Below, one piece after another: positions 39,642-49,096 of a stretch of DNA of 64,000 nucleotides; position 1 is the first letter of the stretch, and every line of letters begins with the position of its first letter. This DNA is from a virus (Duplodnaviria > Heunggongvirae > Uroviricota > Caudoviricetes), in IMG/VR virus record IMGVR_UViG_3300016476_001281; one strand, given 5' to 3'. Both the position numbers and the translations under genes were made by a program. The notes below the pieces were generated by a model. It was given only the letters and a program-made list of their open reading frames with translations, searched no databases and had not been told where the DNA came from.

Positions 39642-40157
39642 ATGGGATGTGACATACATTTCTTTGTTGAAAGATATTCAACAGATAAAGATTATGAAGG
39701 ACCTAAGAGTGTTCTGGAAGAAAGAAATAGTAAACTATTAGAAGTTTTAGAAGTTGAATCTGAACCAAGATGGATTACTGCAGATAGTTGGGAATACATT
39801 GATGAAGAAGAAGATTATTCTTACTGGTCTGTTGTAAGAACTAAAAGATTTTACTCTGGTAGAAACTATTATCTATTTGATGTTTTAGCAGGTGTTAGAG
39901 GCTACAATGATAATAATAAGATAAGTAAACCCAGAGGTGTTCCTGATGATGCATCAGATGCTTACAAAGAACAACTAAAACAATGGAATGGTGATTGTCA
40001 CTCAATGTCTTACTTTACACTAAAAGAATTATTAGATGTTGATTGGTCAAAATATGAAACTGAATACCTTTCAGAGTTTTTTGAAACAATTGAAAAAATG
40101 AAAAAGTTAGATTCTGATCCTGAAAAAGTTAGGTGTGTATTCTTCTTTGACAATTAA
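39642..40157 (+). CDS. hypothetical protein
   Basis: 171-aa ORF. Confidence 0.4.
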   Translation: MGCDIHFFVERYSTDKDYEGPKSVLEERNSKLLEVLEVESEPRWITADSWEYIDEEEDYSYWSVVRTKRFYSGRNYYLFDVLAGVRGYNDNNKISKPRGVPDDASDAYKEQLKQWNGDCHSMSYFTLKELLDVDWSKYETEYLSEFFETIEKMKKLDSDPEKVRCVFFFDN

Positions 40158-40288
40158 AAAGTATAAAAAACATAGAGGACTAATCAAACTTTATATATAC
40201 TTTGTAATATAAATTGTTACAATATAAGGCAATCAAATAAAATCAAAAGCAATTGGCAGCAAGTCAACAAAAAAATAAAAAGCAATTA

Positions 40289-40891
40289 ATGGTATCAACG
40301 GCCCCAATGATGTTCAGTGAACAAGAAGTAATTTTTAAAGAAAGAACAGGTAAAGACTTTTCAACACTTTACCAAAAGTATTACCCAAAACTAATCTACT
40401 TTACAGCAAAAATCTGTAAAGATGTGCAAAAAGCAGAAGACATTTCTACAGAGTCTTTTATAATTGCACTAGAAAAAATAGACAAGTATGATAAAGAGAA
40501 AGCTCAATTTTCAACTTGGTTATTTACAATAGCAAGAAATCTTGCATTACAAGACTTAAAAATAGAAAATAGAAGTATCTCATTAGACATTGAGTTTGAT
40601 GATGAAGGAACTACTCTAAAAGACTTTATACAAGAAACTGAAAGTAATGAAGCAGTTTATGATGTGTATAGTAGAAAAGCTGATGTCTTAAAGAAACACA
40701 TTTCTGAATTGAAAGAACCTTACAGAACAGTTATTGAAATGAGAGAAATTGATGGAATGTCTTATAAAGATATTGCAGATAAATTAGATAAGAACCTATC
40801 TACTATAAAATCTCAAATTAGAAATGGTCGTCATATTCTAATGGAGCAGTCTAAGAAAGAATTTTTAGAAATAGATGAAATGTATTTATAA
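40289..40891 (+). CDS. sigma-70 family RNA polymerase sigma factor (ECF-like)
   Basis: Region 2-like YYPKLIYFTAK...FSTWLFTIARNLALQDLK and region 4 HTH-like EMREIDGMSYKDIADKLDKNLSTIKSQI. Internal ATG chosen as start. Confidence 0.7.
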   Translation: MVSTAPMMFSEQEVIFKERTGKDFSTLYQKYYPKLIYFTAKICKDVQKAEDISTESFIIALEKIDKYDKEKAQFSTWLFTIARNLALQDLKIENRSISLDIEFDDEGTTLKDFIQETESNEAVYDVYSRKADVLKKHISELKEPYRTVIEMREIDGMSYKDIADKLDKNLSTIKSQIRNGRHILMEQSKKEFLEIDEMYL

Positions 40892-40892
40892 C

Positions 40893-41075
40893 ATGACAAA
40901 TTATATACCAATTATAGGATTATCTATTTTAGCAATAGGTGCTTTATATAAAGTTATAACTAAAAAAGATGTGACTGAAAGTAAAAAAGAAACAAAGAGT
41001 TCTTATAAACAAACATCTGGTAGATTTATAAATGATCATATGGCAGATGTAATGAACATTAAAAAGAAAAAATAA
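40893..41075 (+). CDS. small membrane protein
   Basis: Single TM helix (IPIIGLSILAIGALYKVI). Confidence 0.3.
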   Translation: MTNYIPIIGLSILAIGALYKVITKKDVTESKKETKSSYKQTSGRFINDHMADVMNIKKKK

Positions 41076-42331
41076 TGAATATAGAACAATTAGCAAAAAA
41101 TGCTATTGACAGAATTAAAACCACTTGGGGTCTTCCTCAAAGTGGTTTTATTGCTGGAGGGGCTATTGCAAATATAATATGGGAACAAGTATCAGGTAAT
41201 AAAGCTATTGTCAATGATATTGATGTTTTTTTATTTGATGGTATATTAGAAAAATTAGTACAAGATAAATCACAAACTCTTTTTGAACATTCTATCAAAG
41301 AAGATATTTGGTATGAAGATTATAATGGTATTGCCTTTATGACTAAAGAAAAAGATTTCTATTGTATAACAGAATCTACTAAAGATGGTATGTTCAACTA
41401 TATAAAATATAAATCTAATTCACCTGAACCAAGAATAGTAATTGATTCATTTGATATTAATTGTACTGCAATTGGATATTCAATAGATGATGATAAATTT
41501 TATTGGACAGAAGAATTTGAAAATTTTATAAAAACAGGTGTGTTAAGAGTTACTAATGTTAAGACACCTTCTCATACAGTATTAAGAATAATCAAAAAAG
41601 CAGATGAATTAAATGCTACTCTTACTGACTTTGAATTAAATATCTTACAATATGCTTTAAGTGAAAATGTTCATTTAAGTCCATATAAAGTTAGATTTCA
41701 AGAAAGATATTTGGATATATTTGTTAAGTATATTGATAAATTAAGTGAGTTCTTTTATTTACAAAAAGATGTTCAATGTATTGAATGGCTCAGAGTTTCA
41801 CAAAACAAAGATGTTAAACTTTGGAAGTTAGTATCTAGTAATCAAAGAGTATTTGAAGATAAAAACCTATCAGATTTAAAAGCAGATAATTATTTATTCT
41901 ATATTAGAAATATTTATAGTAATAAAAATCAAAATCTAAAATTAATTTGGGAAAACTTACATTATTTTTATGATACACCAGATTATGTTGATAAAGAAGT
42001 AAGTGAAGAAGATATTAAACTTCTTTCAAGATTTGTTTACAATGCACCTAATGCAATATCTAATCTAAAAGGTCTAAAGTTATCAGAACAGATTAATCTT
42101 GTAAAGAAACTTCTTGAAGTGTATAAGGATGACCCTATAATTGCAATATCTGTATTAGAAAAGAATAAGTTAGATAAAGATATTGAGTTAGATGAACAAA
42201 CTAAATTACTACTTGAATTATCTGTTAGAAAAGAAATTGTTAATGATACAAAAGGTAAAGTAGGTAGAATACTGGAAGAAGTATCTGAAACAGATGATAA
42301 AGAAGTTATAGATAAACTTTTCACAATATAA
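41075..42331 (+). CDS. putative pol-beta-superfamily nucleotidyltransferase (CCA-adding / poly(A) polymerase-like head motif)
   Basis: GGAIANIIWEQVSGNKAIVNDIDVFL resembles the head motif GGxVRDxLLG...DxDxx of tRNA nucleotidyltransferases. The match is weak. Confidence 0.3.
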   Translation: MNIEQLAKNAIDRIKTTWGLPQSGFIAGGAIANIIWEQVSGNKAIVNDIDVFLFDGILEKLVQDKSQTLFEHSIKEDIWYEDYNGIAFMTKEKDFYCITESTKDGMFNYIKYKSNSPEPRIVIDSFDINCTAIGYSIDDDKFYWTEEFENFIKTGVLRVTNVKTPSHTVLRIIKKADELNATLTDFELNILQYALSENVHLSPYKVRFQERYLDIFVKYIDKLSEFFYLQKDVQCIEWLRVSQNKDVKLWKLVSSNQRVFEDKNLSDLKADNYLFYIRNIYSNKNQNLKLIWENLHYFYDTPDYVDKEVSEEDIKLLSRFVYNAPNAISNLKGLKLSEQINLVKKLLEVYKDDPIIAISVLEKNKLDKDIELDEQTKLLLELSVRKEIVNDTKGKVGRILEEVSETDDKEVIDKLFTI

Positions 42332-42362
42332 TGAATATAAACAAAAATATAAATATAAAATT

Positions 42363-42686
42363 ATGGCAACAAATGCAGTAGAATTAACAACTTCAACTTA
42401 TGGAGAATTTATCAAAAATGAATATGTATTAGTTGATGTTTGGGCACCTTGGTGCGGTCCATGCAGACAAATTTCACCAATTGTGGATCAAATCTCTTTA
42501 GAGTTTATGGAACAATTACAAGTTGGTAAATTAAATGCAGATGAAAACAGAGACATTCTTGTTGAATTAGGTGTTAGAAATATCCCAACATTATTACTTT
42601 TCAAAAATGGAGAAGTTATTGAAAGAAGTGTTGGTATGACAACTAAAGAAAAATTAGCTGAATTGATTAACACTCACTTAAACTAA
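42363..42686 (+). CDS. trxA: thioredoxin
   Basis: Active site WAPWCGPCRQI with a thioredoxin-like length of 107 aa. Confidence 0.85.
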   Translation: MATNAVELTTSTYGEFIKNEYVLVDVWAPWCGPCRQISPIVDQISLEFMEQLQVGKLNADENRDILVELGVRNIPTLLLFKNGEVIERSVGMTTKEKLAELINTHLN

Positions 42687-42687
42687 T

Positions 42688-43188
42688 TTGATGGAACCAA
42701 CAGAATATTTATTTGAACTAATTAATAAATCAAATATATCTCTATTAGGTTACACATTTAAAGAAGAAAGAATTAAAGATGAAATTATTTCTAAAGTTTC
42801 TCATATTGAGTTACCAGAAATAAATTCATCTTTTTCTATGCTTTCTTATATAAGAGATTCTAAAATTGATACAATATTAGATAATAAAACTGAAACACCA
42901 ACTCATTTTTTATTAGACATCAATAATTTTATGGTAGGTAGAGGTGAAATAAGTAGAGCTAATGTAATAAATAATGCACTAAGAGAAATTGCTATGCAAT
43001 TAATAGATACTAATTTTAAACTATTAATCACTTGTCCAATATACAATAATGCAGGTAATGATGAATACAATTTCAGTGGTGGTAATACAGGATTATATAT
43101 GGCTGACTTTGTGGGAATAATTAGAGAAGATAGAGTAAGAATAATGAAAAACCGTTATGGTATGCATCAAATAGATATAAAATTATAA
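42688..43188 (+). CDS. hypothetical protein
   Basis: 166-aa ORF. Confidence 0.4.
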   Translation: MMEPTEYLFELINKSNISLLGYTFKEERIKDEIISKVSHIELPEINSSFSMLSYIRDSKIDTILDNKTETPTHFLLDINNFMVGRGEISRANVINNALREIAMQLIDTNFKLLITCPIYNNAGNDEYNFSGGNTGLYMADFVGIIREDRVRIMKNRYGMHQIDIKL

Positions 43189-44256
43189 TATTTCTTTTTT
43201 TAAAATACTTTCTATATTATTAATATCCTTATAATTTATTTCAACTAACTTTATATTATTTAATTTACAATACTCTCTTTTGATATTATCTCTTTTAATA
43301 ATTTCATCAAATTCATTTACACCACCAAAACAATCTACTGGTTCATAATGTTGTCTACCATTAAACTCTATACAAGTATTATAATCAATAAGATAAAAAT
43401 CAAAAGGAAGTTTATTTTTATAAACACATCCTATAAATTTTTTCTGTGATATGAATTTTATATTATTTTCTATTAGAAATTTTCTAACTTTTATCTCACC
43501 TTTACTTTCCCTACATATTGGACAACCCGAACCTGAGAAATGATTAGTTGGTTTTTGTTCAAAAACTCCATGTTTTTTACATATTATTTTTATTGGTATA
43601 TTAAATTTTTTATAATCAGATAAAGAATAATCATATTTATTATTATGAATATCATTTGATTTTTTTTCAAAATCATCAAAATTAAAAATTCTACCACCAC
43701 ATTTTTGACAACCTGAACCACTCAAATGGTTCATAACTTTTTGACTAAATTTACCATGTTTACTACACTCAATATCAATATAGTCACTATATAAATATTT
43801 ATCTCTATCTAAATTATATTTATATCTATCTTTATGTTTGGCCTTAAATATCTTCAATAATTTATCTTTACTACTAAATTTACCACCACATTTTGGACAA
43901 CCCAATCCTCTTAAATGACCTCCTGCATTTTGTTCAAAAATTCCATGTTTTCTACATATTATTTTTACCTTATCTCTATTTCTCTCATAATTGACTAATG
44001 AATAATCATATTTATCATTGTGTATTATTTTTGACCTTTTTATAAATTCATCATTTGTCAAAGATTTTTTACCCTTTGTACATTTTGTACAACCACCACC
44101 TCTTTTATGATGGTGTGGAGTTTGACTAAAAATTCCATGTTTTCTACATATAATATTAACTTTTGTTGTATTATTTATATAGTTAACTAATGAGTAATCA
44201 TATAAATCATCATGCACTTTCTTAAATTGTTCAATAACTTTTTCATTACTATTCAT
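43183..44256 (-). CDS. putative homing/nicking endonuclease: four Zn-ribbon repeat modules plus a C-terminal Vsr/DUF559-like (PD-(D/E)xK) domain
   Basis: Four repeats of about 50 aa of the form KYDYSL.NY....IIC.KHG.F.Q....H..G.GC.KC. The C-terminus carries IEFNGRQHY...KRDNIKREYC...IKLVEI, resembling the Vsr-like endonuclease fold. Confidence 0.45.
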   Translation of the reverse strand: MNSNEKVIEQFKKVHDDLYDYSLVNYINNTTKVNIICRKHGIFSQTPHHHKRGGGCTKCTKGKKSLTNDEFIKRSKIIHNDKYDYSLVNYERNRDKVKIICRKHGIFEQNAGGHLRGLGCPKCGGKFSSKDKLLKIFKAKHKDRYKYNLDRDKYLYSDYIDIECSKHGKFSQKVMNHLSGSGCQKCGGRIFNFDDFEKKSNDIHNNKYDYSLSDYKKFNIPIKIICKKHGVFEQKPTNHFSGSGCPICRESKGEIKVRKFLIENNIKFISQKKFIGCVYKNKLPFDFYLIDYNTCIEFNGRQHYEPVDCFGGVNEFDEIIKRDNIKREYCKLNNIKLVEINYKDINNIESILKKEIL

Positions 44257-44284
44257 ATAATCTATATATAAAAAATAATTAATT

Positions 44285-44719
44285 ATGATAATAAGTAATA
44301 AAAAGGCATACTATTCATATAATATACTTGAGGAATTTGAAGCCGGTGTTGTATTGGTTGGTAGTGAAGTAAAATCAATCAGGATGGGTAATGTTACTTT
44401 AGCAGATTCTTTCATTTATTTAAAAGATGGTGAAGTATGGTTAAAGAATATGAATGTTGCAAGATATAAGTCTTCACATCCATTAACTAAACATGATGAG
44501 AACAGAGATAAGAAATTACTTTTAAATAGAAAGGAAATCAATAGAATAGAAAGAAAATTACAAGATAAAGGAACAACTGCTATACCTTTAAGTATTTTTT
44601 TAAAAAAGAATAGAATTAAGATTAAAATTGGTGTAGCAACTGGGAAAAAACTTTATGATAAAAGAAATTCTATAAAGGAGAAAGACCTAAGAAGAGAACA
44701 ACAAAGAAATATAGCTTAA
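44285..44719 (+). CDS. smpB: SsrA-binding protein SmpB
   Basis: KKAYYSYNILEEFEAGVVLVGSEVKSIRMGNVTLADSFIYLKDGEVWLKNMNVARYK...DKKLLLNRKEI aligns with the conserved SmpB core. Confidence 0.8.
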   Translation: MIISNKKAYYSYNILEEFEAGVVLVGSEVKSIRMGNVTLADSFIYLKDGEVWLKNMNVARYKSSHPLTKHDENRDKKLLLNRKEINRIERKLQDKGTTAIPLSIFLKKNRIKIKIGVATGKKLYDKRNSIKEKDLRREQQRNIA

Positions 44720-45069
44720 TGAAAAATAACATAGAAGACTTTTTTGATAAACTACATAGTTCAGGTAGTGAAGAAGAAGTAATAGAAAACTTAAAAAGGA
44801 TTATCAAAAGTTTCAATGTATCTACATACAAAGAAAAACTTATGAGTAATCCTTATTTTAGTTTATTGATAAATGAAATCAAAGGTGATATATTATTTGA
44901 GATAGGTTTAATCAGAGATAATATAGAAAGTGAAATAAGAGGTATAGATGATGCATTAAGTAAACCAATTAGTGTAAATGATTTTAACAGACTAAAAGAC
45001 TTAAAAAGGGAATGTATGGGTTTGCTTTATGAGATAAATGATAGAATTAATGATTTAATATTACTTTAA
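44719..45069 (+). CDS. hypothetical protein
   Basis: 116-aa ORF. Confidence 0.4.
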   Translation: MKNNIEDFFDKLHSSGSEEEVIENLKRIIKSFNVSTYKEKLMSNPYFSLLINEIKGDILFEIGLIRDNIESEIRGIDDALSKPISVNDFNRLKDLKRECMGLLYEINDRINDLILL

Positions 45070-46662
45070 CATACTATTAATAAATCTCTCAATTATATCT
45101 AACTTTTCCATTGTTTCATCATATTCTTCCTCTACACCATCACAATAACTAATATATTTTTTTATACCACCAGTTTCAAAATTACCTAAAATATCTTGAT
45201 AACAAGTAGATAATTTATTTTTAGAATCAAACATAAAGTTAAGTATGGTGTCAAGTTTATATCTAATACCTAATAAATCATGTATATTTTCAATATCAGT
45301 ATTAAGAATATAATTATTAATATTTTCTCCTATTTTTAATACTCTTTGTACAATAGCTATAAGTTTCTCATCACCTGAGTTAAGTACAGCATCTAAATTT
45401 TCTTTATATATTTTAGTATATTGATTAGAAGATTTTTTATAATTACTAAATTCTGATATAACTCTATTAAAATAATATTCTTGATCATATTCAGGTTCAG
45501 TAATAAGACAATATATAGGTTCAATAATATTAGTTAATGCACTTGCATTATTACGAGAGTACATATGAATTAAAATAAATTTATGACAATTTATACTATT
45601 TACTAAATTACCTAATTTAGAGAAGTCAATTGTTTCTTTTTCTATTCCAAATTTATTAATCAATTTACTCATATAATTGTTAATATTAATCTGTTTTATA
45701 TCATAATCTGACATAAGAGCAGTTGCACCTTTTCTTGCACCCTCTCTACTTCTTTTAATACTATAAGTATCAGGAATAGAAAGTAATCTGTCTAAATAAA
45801 GAATAATTGCAAAATCTGAATCTTTAATAACATCTTTAATACTAAATTGATTATGAAGATTCCAATCTATAACATCACCATCATTATTCATAGGTTTATT
45901 ATAATCTGCTAAATTAGGTCTGTGTTTAACATCATCAGCTTTATTTTCTTGTCTTAATTCCTGTTTATCCTTAATATAAAGATGTAATTTAAAATGGTCT
46001 CCATCTGCTTCAAAGTTATTACTGATAATACGTCCTAATCTAAAATTATATGAATAATTATTAGCAAAATCAGGTCTATTATCAGGTGAAACACTATCAC
46101 TTTTATAATCATTATAAATAAAAATTGCATCATTATCAACAAATATCTGACCTTTAGCTATTCTTCTTTCCTTTGAACTTTTATCACCTAAGGTACACAA
46201 TACTGTATCACCTGTTTTTAATTTCATATAATCCAACACTGATACTAACTTACCTTTTGTTATACCCAATTCATCTTTAATATACTCTAATTGTTCTTCA
46301 TTAAAATCAGAATTTTTAGTAGAGTAGTCATTTTTTAATGGTATATAAGGTGTTCTTAAATCACTTACTGCAGTTTTACCTAAAAATCCTTTTTCAAGAG
46401 AAAACCAAAATTTAATACAATAAATATCAAGTCTATTATTAATAGGTTTAGTATTCTTAACTTTAATTGCCTTTGAGGTCTTATAATACTTTATATCATC
46501 TTCACTAATCTTTGAGATAGGGAAGTCATAATCTTTCATTAGCTTTTTTAATTCATTAGAAAAACTATTGGCACTATACTGGTCTACATTTTTTGTTAAG
46601 AACTTAATTGCACTTGTAATCACTTGTGATTCATATGCCTCAAACAATTTAATATATTTCAT
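45061..46662 (-). CDS. hypothetical protein
   Basis: 533-aa ORF. Confidence 0.4.
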   Translation of the reverse strand: MKYIKLFEAYESQVITSAIKFLTKNVDQYSANSFSNELKKLMKDYDFPISKISEDDIKYYKTSKAIKVKNTKPINNRLDIYCIKFWFSLEKGFLGKTAVSDLRTPYIPLKNDYSTKNSDFNEEQLEYIKDELGITKGKLVSVLDYMKLKTGDTVLCTLGDKSSKERRIAKGQIFVDNDAIFIYNDYKSDSVSPDNRPDFANNYSYNFRLGRIISNNFEADGDHFKLHLYIKDKQELRQENKADDVKHRPNLADYNKPMNNDGDVIDWNLHNQFSIKDVIKDSDFAIILYLDRLLSIPDTYSIKRSREGARKGATALMSDYDIKQININNYMSKLINKFGIEKETIDFSKLGNLVNSINCHKFILIHMYSRNNASALTNIIEPIYCLITEPEYDQEYYFNRVISEFSNYKKSSNQYTKIYKENLDAVLNSGDEKLIAIVQRVLKIGENINNYILNTDIENIHDLLGIRYKLDTILNFMFDSKNKLSTCYQDILGNFETGGIKKYISYCDGVEEEYDETMEKLDIIERFINSMLK

Positions 46663-46980
46663 AACATATATATTAAAATAATTTTTTCAAATTAAAACTT
46701 TTTAGTATATTTGCATAACAATAATGAGTTACTAAGGTTGACAACATAGAATAAATTAAAAAGTCACATAATCTTAGTAATGTTTATGGTAGTAAGTAGC
46801 TAACAAATAAGTTAACATCTTTGATAAAATTAGTGAACTACCTTGTATTTATAATATATGAAAAAGTAAAGATGTTAGTATTGAAATTGTGATGGTGATA
46901 GATACTACAATTATTTATGACAAATAGTATAAGTTATTAGAATATAGAGAATAACTTATCAAAATTAAAACCAACACTAT

Positions 46981-47133
46981 GAAGAAATAAACTGCGCAGA
47001 ATGGTAACACTGCGAAACCAAGGACACAAATCCATTAAAAGGTAATCCCAAGTGATTAGATCATAAAAGTTAAGGTTAGGCTCTCGGATTCCGGCCATAC
47101 TTAACAGGCGTTCCACCCTCTTCATATTTTTTT
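46981..47133. ncRNA. candidate structured non-coding RNA of unknown class (GC-richer island in a 530-nt intergenic gap)
   Basis: Nested helices include CGCAG...CTGCG, GTTAAG...CTTAAC (6 bp) enclosing GGC...GCC, and GGA-cacaaa-TCC. The segment ends in a T-run. The only ORF here uses GC-rich codons (cgc, ctg, gcc, cga) that are atypical for this genome. Confidence 0.35.
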
Positions 47134-47164
47134 AGAAAAATTAGGTAGATTAAAATAATAGCTG

Positions 47165-47172
47165 TACTTTTG
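47165..47172 (+). promoter_or_regulatory. Bacteroidetes -7 box TACTTTTG upstream of the yqeY-like gene
   Basis: Matches TAnnTTTG about 20 nt before the ATG at 47193. Confidence 0.4.
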
Positions 47173-47192
47173 CAGTATAAAAATTAGAAATT

Positions 47193-47597
47193 ATGAATTT
47201 AAAAGAAAAAATTAGCAAAGACTACATGACTGCATTTAAAGAAAAAAATACAGTTGTAAAAAACTTACTTTCAGTTGTAAAAGGTGAAATCCAAACTATT
47301 GAAAAAAATACTGGTGTTGATTGTCTTTCTGATGCAGAGGTAATCAAAATCCTTAATAAAACTGCAAAATCTTTAAATGAAGTTATTGCAACAAGTGGTG
47401 ATGAAGAATCTAAATTACAATTAACAATTGTAGAAGCATTACTTCCAGCTTCTTTAACAAGAGAAGATATTGTTGCTAAAGTAAATGAAATTGTAGCATC
47501 TGGTGTAACTAATGTTGGTGGTATTATGAAAGAATTTGCAACTTTACAAGTTGATAGAAAAGTAGTATCAGAAGTTATCAAAGAAGTATTAGCATAA
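47193..47597 (+). CDS. yqeY: GatB/YqeY-domain protein
   Basis: The whole 134-aa protein parallels the YqeY family: MNLKEKISKDYMTAFKEKN...LSDAEVIKILNK...EALLPASLTREDIVAKVNEIVASG...MKEFATLQVDRKVVSEVIKEVL. Confidence 0.7.
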   Translation: MNLKEKISKDYMTAFKEKNTVVKNLLSVVKGEIQTIEKNTGVDCLSDAEVIKILNKTAKSLNEVIATSGDEESKLQLTIVEALLPASLTREDIVAKVNEIVASGVTNVGGIMKEFATLQVDRKVVSEVIKEVLA

Positions 47598-47599
47598 TT

Positions 47600-47890
47600 A
47601 TGGTAAGTATAAAAGAGGTTAGTTTTTATGATTTACTAATAAATAGTATTAAAGATTTAAAAGGTTATACTTTTATTGAAATTAAAGAAGATGCTGATGC
47701 ATCTGCACTTATAGTAAATTATCCCACAAAAGAAGAATTTGAGGTTGATTTCATATTCAATGTAAATGGAGCAACTCCAAGAGTTAAAAATGATAATTAT
47801 GAATATCTGATTGATGGAGAATATGAATACATAGACTTCAATAATGTTTACTTTTTTAAAGATGGTAAATCTACAATATCAGGTTGGTAA
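47600..47890 (+). CDS. hypothetical protein
   Basis: 96-aa ORF. Confidence 0.4.
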   Translation: MVSIKEVSFYDLLINSIKDLKGYTFIEIKEDADASALIVNYPTKEEFEVDFIFNVNGATPRVKNDNYEYLIDGEYEYIDFNNVYFFKDGKSTISGW

Positions 47891-47910
47891 TAAAATAAAA
47901 ATAAAAAATT

Positions 47911-48396
47911 ATGTATATAGTTTGGAGAGAACCATTCAAAAACTCTTTCTCTGAGACACAAGGTGATGGTTACTTTGTGTCTTATAGAGATAAGTGTTCT
48001 GATAACTATTCAAAGAATTGGTATGATGCTAAAAAGTATAAAACTATAGTTCCTGCAATGACAAGACTTGGTTTAACTTGTCCAAAAGATCTAACATCTT
48101 TAGAACACTTTTTTAGAATAAACAAAATAGATCAAACATCATACAATAGAGATAAAGTTTTATCTGACATATTAGATACTGAAAATGAAGTAAGTATTAA
48201 TTTTAGTAAAGGTAGAATTGATAAGATTGATGATAATGGATTTATCAGTAGTGCTGATGAAGATATTTTAGAATATCTTAATAAGATAATCAATACTAAT
48301 CTAAAAAAGAAAGTAAAAATAAAACTTTGTGATTTAGAAAGAAGTTATCAAGAACCTAAAAAAAGTGGAGTTGATACTTGGGAAGGATTTTATTAA
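47911..48396 (+). CDS. hypothetical protein
   Basis: 161-aa ORF. Confidence 0.4.
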   Translation: MYIVWREPFKNSFSETQGDGYFVSYRDKCSDNYSKNWYDAKKYKTIVPAMTRLGLTCPKDLTSLEHFFRINKIDQTSYNRDKVLSDILDTENEVSINFSKGRIDKIDDNGFISSADEDILEYLNKIINTNLKKKVKIKLCDLERSYQEPKKSGVDTWEGFY

Positions 48397-48402
48397 TTGG
48401 CA

Positions 48403-48588
48403 CTAAAAGTTTTAAAGTCTTTCACTTTTGTTGGAAGACCACCTGTGTCAACACCTTTAGTCCATTCATCATTGAATACCCATTTTTTATCTTTGGGTGC
48501 ATTCTTTTTTGATTTGTACTTTTTACGCATTGCAAAAATGTATTTAAGCTGTGATTTTGAACGAACTGGCATAAACTATATATAAAAA
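48403..48588 (-). CDS. small highly basic protein (tentative; nucleic-acid-binding?)
   Basis: Minus-strand reading MPVRSKSQLKYIFAMRKKYKSKKNAPKDKKW... is 61 aa. It is Lys-rich with genome-typical codons. The plus-strand ORF 48397..48585 is hydrophobic and low-complexity, so it is probably spurious. Confidence 0.25.
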
Positions 48589-48673
48589 ATAAAAAACATT
48601 AAAATGGGGTCATTTTTATTAGGGATATTTGTAGGATATATTCTTTGGGGAACTAAAAAAAATTAGAAATATA

Positions 48674-48704
48674 TTTGGTGGATTAAAAACAAGTTGTATC
48701 TTTG
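48674..48704 (+). promoter_or_regulatory. Bacteroidetes-type sigma-A promoter (-33 TTTG / -7 TATCTTTG)
   Basis: TTTG at 48674-48677 and TATCTTTG at 48697-48704 are separated by 19 nt. No long ORF follows, so it may drive the sORF/tRNA region. Confidence 0.4.
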
Positions 48705-48892
48705 TAAAAAATAAAAACAGGACAAGATGGTGTTTACTACCATTATTCAGAAGTTTGTAAACTTTTGAGACTAAAAGAAAAAGAAATAAAAGAAAAATTG
48801 AAAAAAAATTAAAATAAATTTGGTAGATAAGTAAACTTTTTTTACTTTTGTACTATAAAAATAACAAAAAAAACAAAAAGAGAGAAAAAAAC

Positions 48893-48904
48893 TTTAATAT
48901 ATAG
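48893..48904 (+). promoter_or_regulatory. conserved phage box TTTAATATATAG (candidate late promoter)
   Basis: A TTAATATATA(A/G) box found about 8 times in the window, always within 1-21 nt of a start codon. Confidence 0.45.
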
Positions 48905-48909
48905 AAATA

Positions 48910-49011
48910 ATGAGAACAACTTTTAAACATACAAGCTTTAGTAAATCGTTCAAGTGGTTTAGCCACAAGTTCGGATGTATGAGTATGTCTAAAAGTTCTC
49001 AAATGAAATAG
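48910..49011 (+). CDS. small ORF (33 aa, Ser/Lys-rich) in a promoter-sORF-terminator mini-cassette
   Basis: Encodes MRTTFKHTSFSKSFKWFSHKFGCMSMSKSSQMK. It lies between the conserved box and a terminator and is paralogous to the sORF at 50073. Confidence 0.3.
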   Translation: MRTTFKHTSFSKSFKWFSHKFGCMSMSKSSQMK

Positions 49012-49053
49012 GTGTTGATTTAGCTTAGAGAGAATAATAGAAAACATAAACAG

Positions 49054-49090
49054 AAACCCGAACTTAAAACAAAGTTTGGGTTTTTTTATT
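49054..49090 (+). terminator. rho-independent terminator
   Basis: Hairpin CCCGAACTT-aaaacaa-AAGTTTGGG followed by TTTTTTT. Confidence 0.65.
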
Positions 49091-49096
49091 TTACAC

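Noticed and set aside
46937-47125. 62-aa minus-strand ORF in the 46.7-47.2 kb intergenic gap.
   Set aside because: Its codon usage (cgc, ctg, gcc, cga, gag) is atypical for this genome and the region forms nested helices. It is more likely a structured RNA than a protein.
44285-47192. tmRNA (ssrA) gene near smpB.
   Set aside because: No GGGG...acceptor, tag ORF, or tRNA-Ala-like T-arm/ACCA end was found by eye anywhere in the window, so it is not annotated. Covariance-model scanning is needed to be sure.
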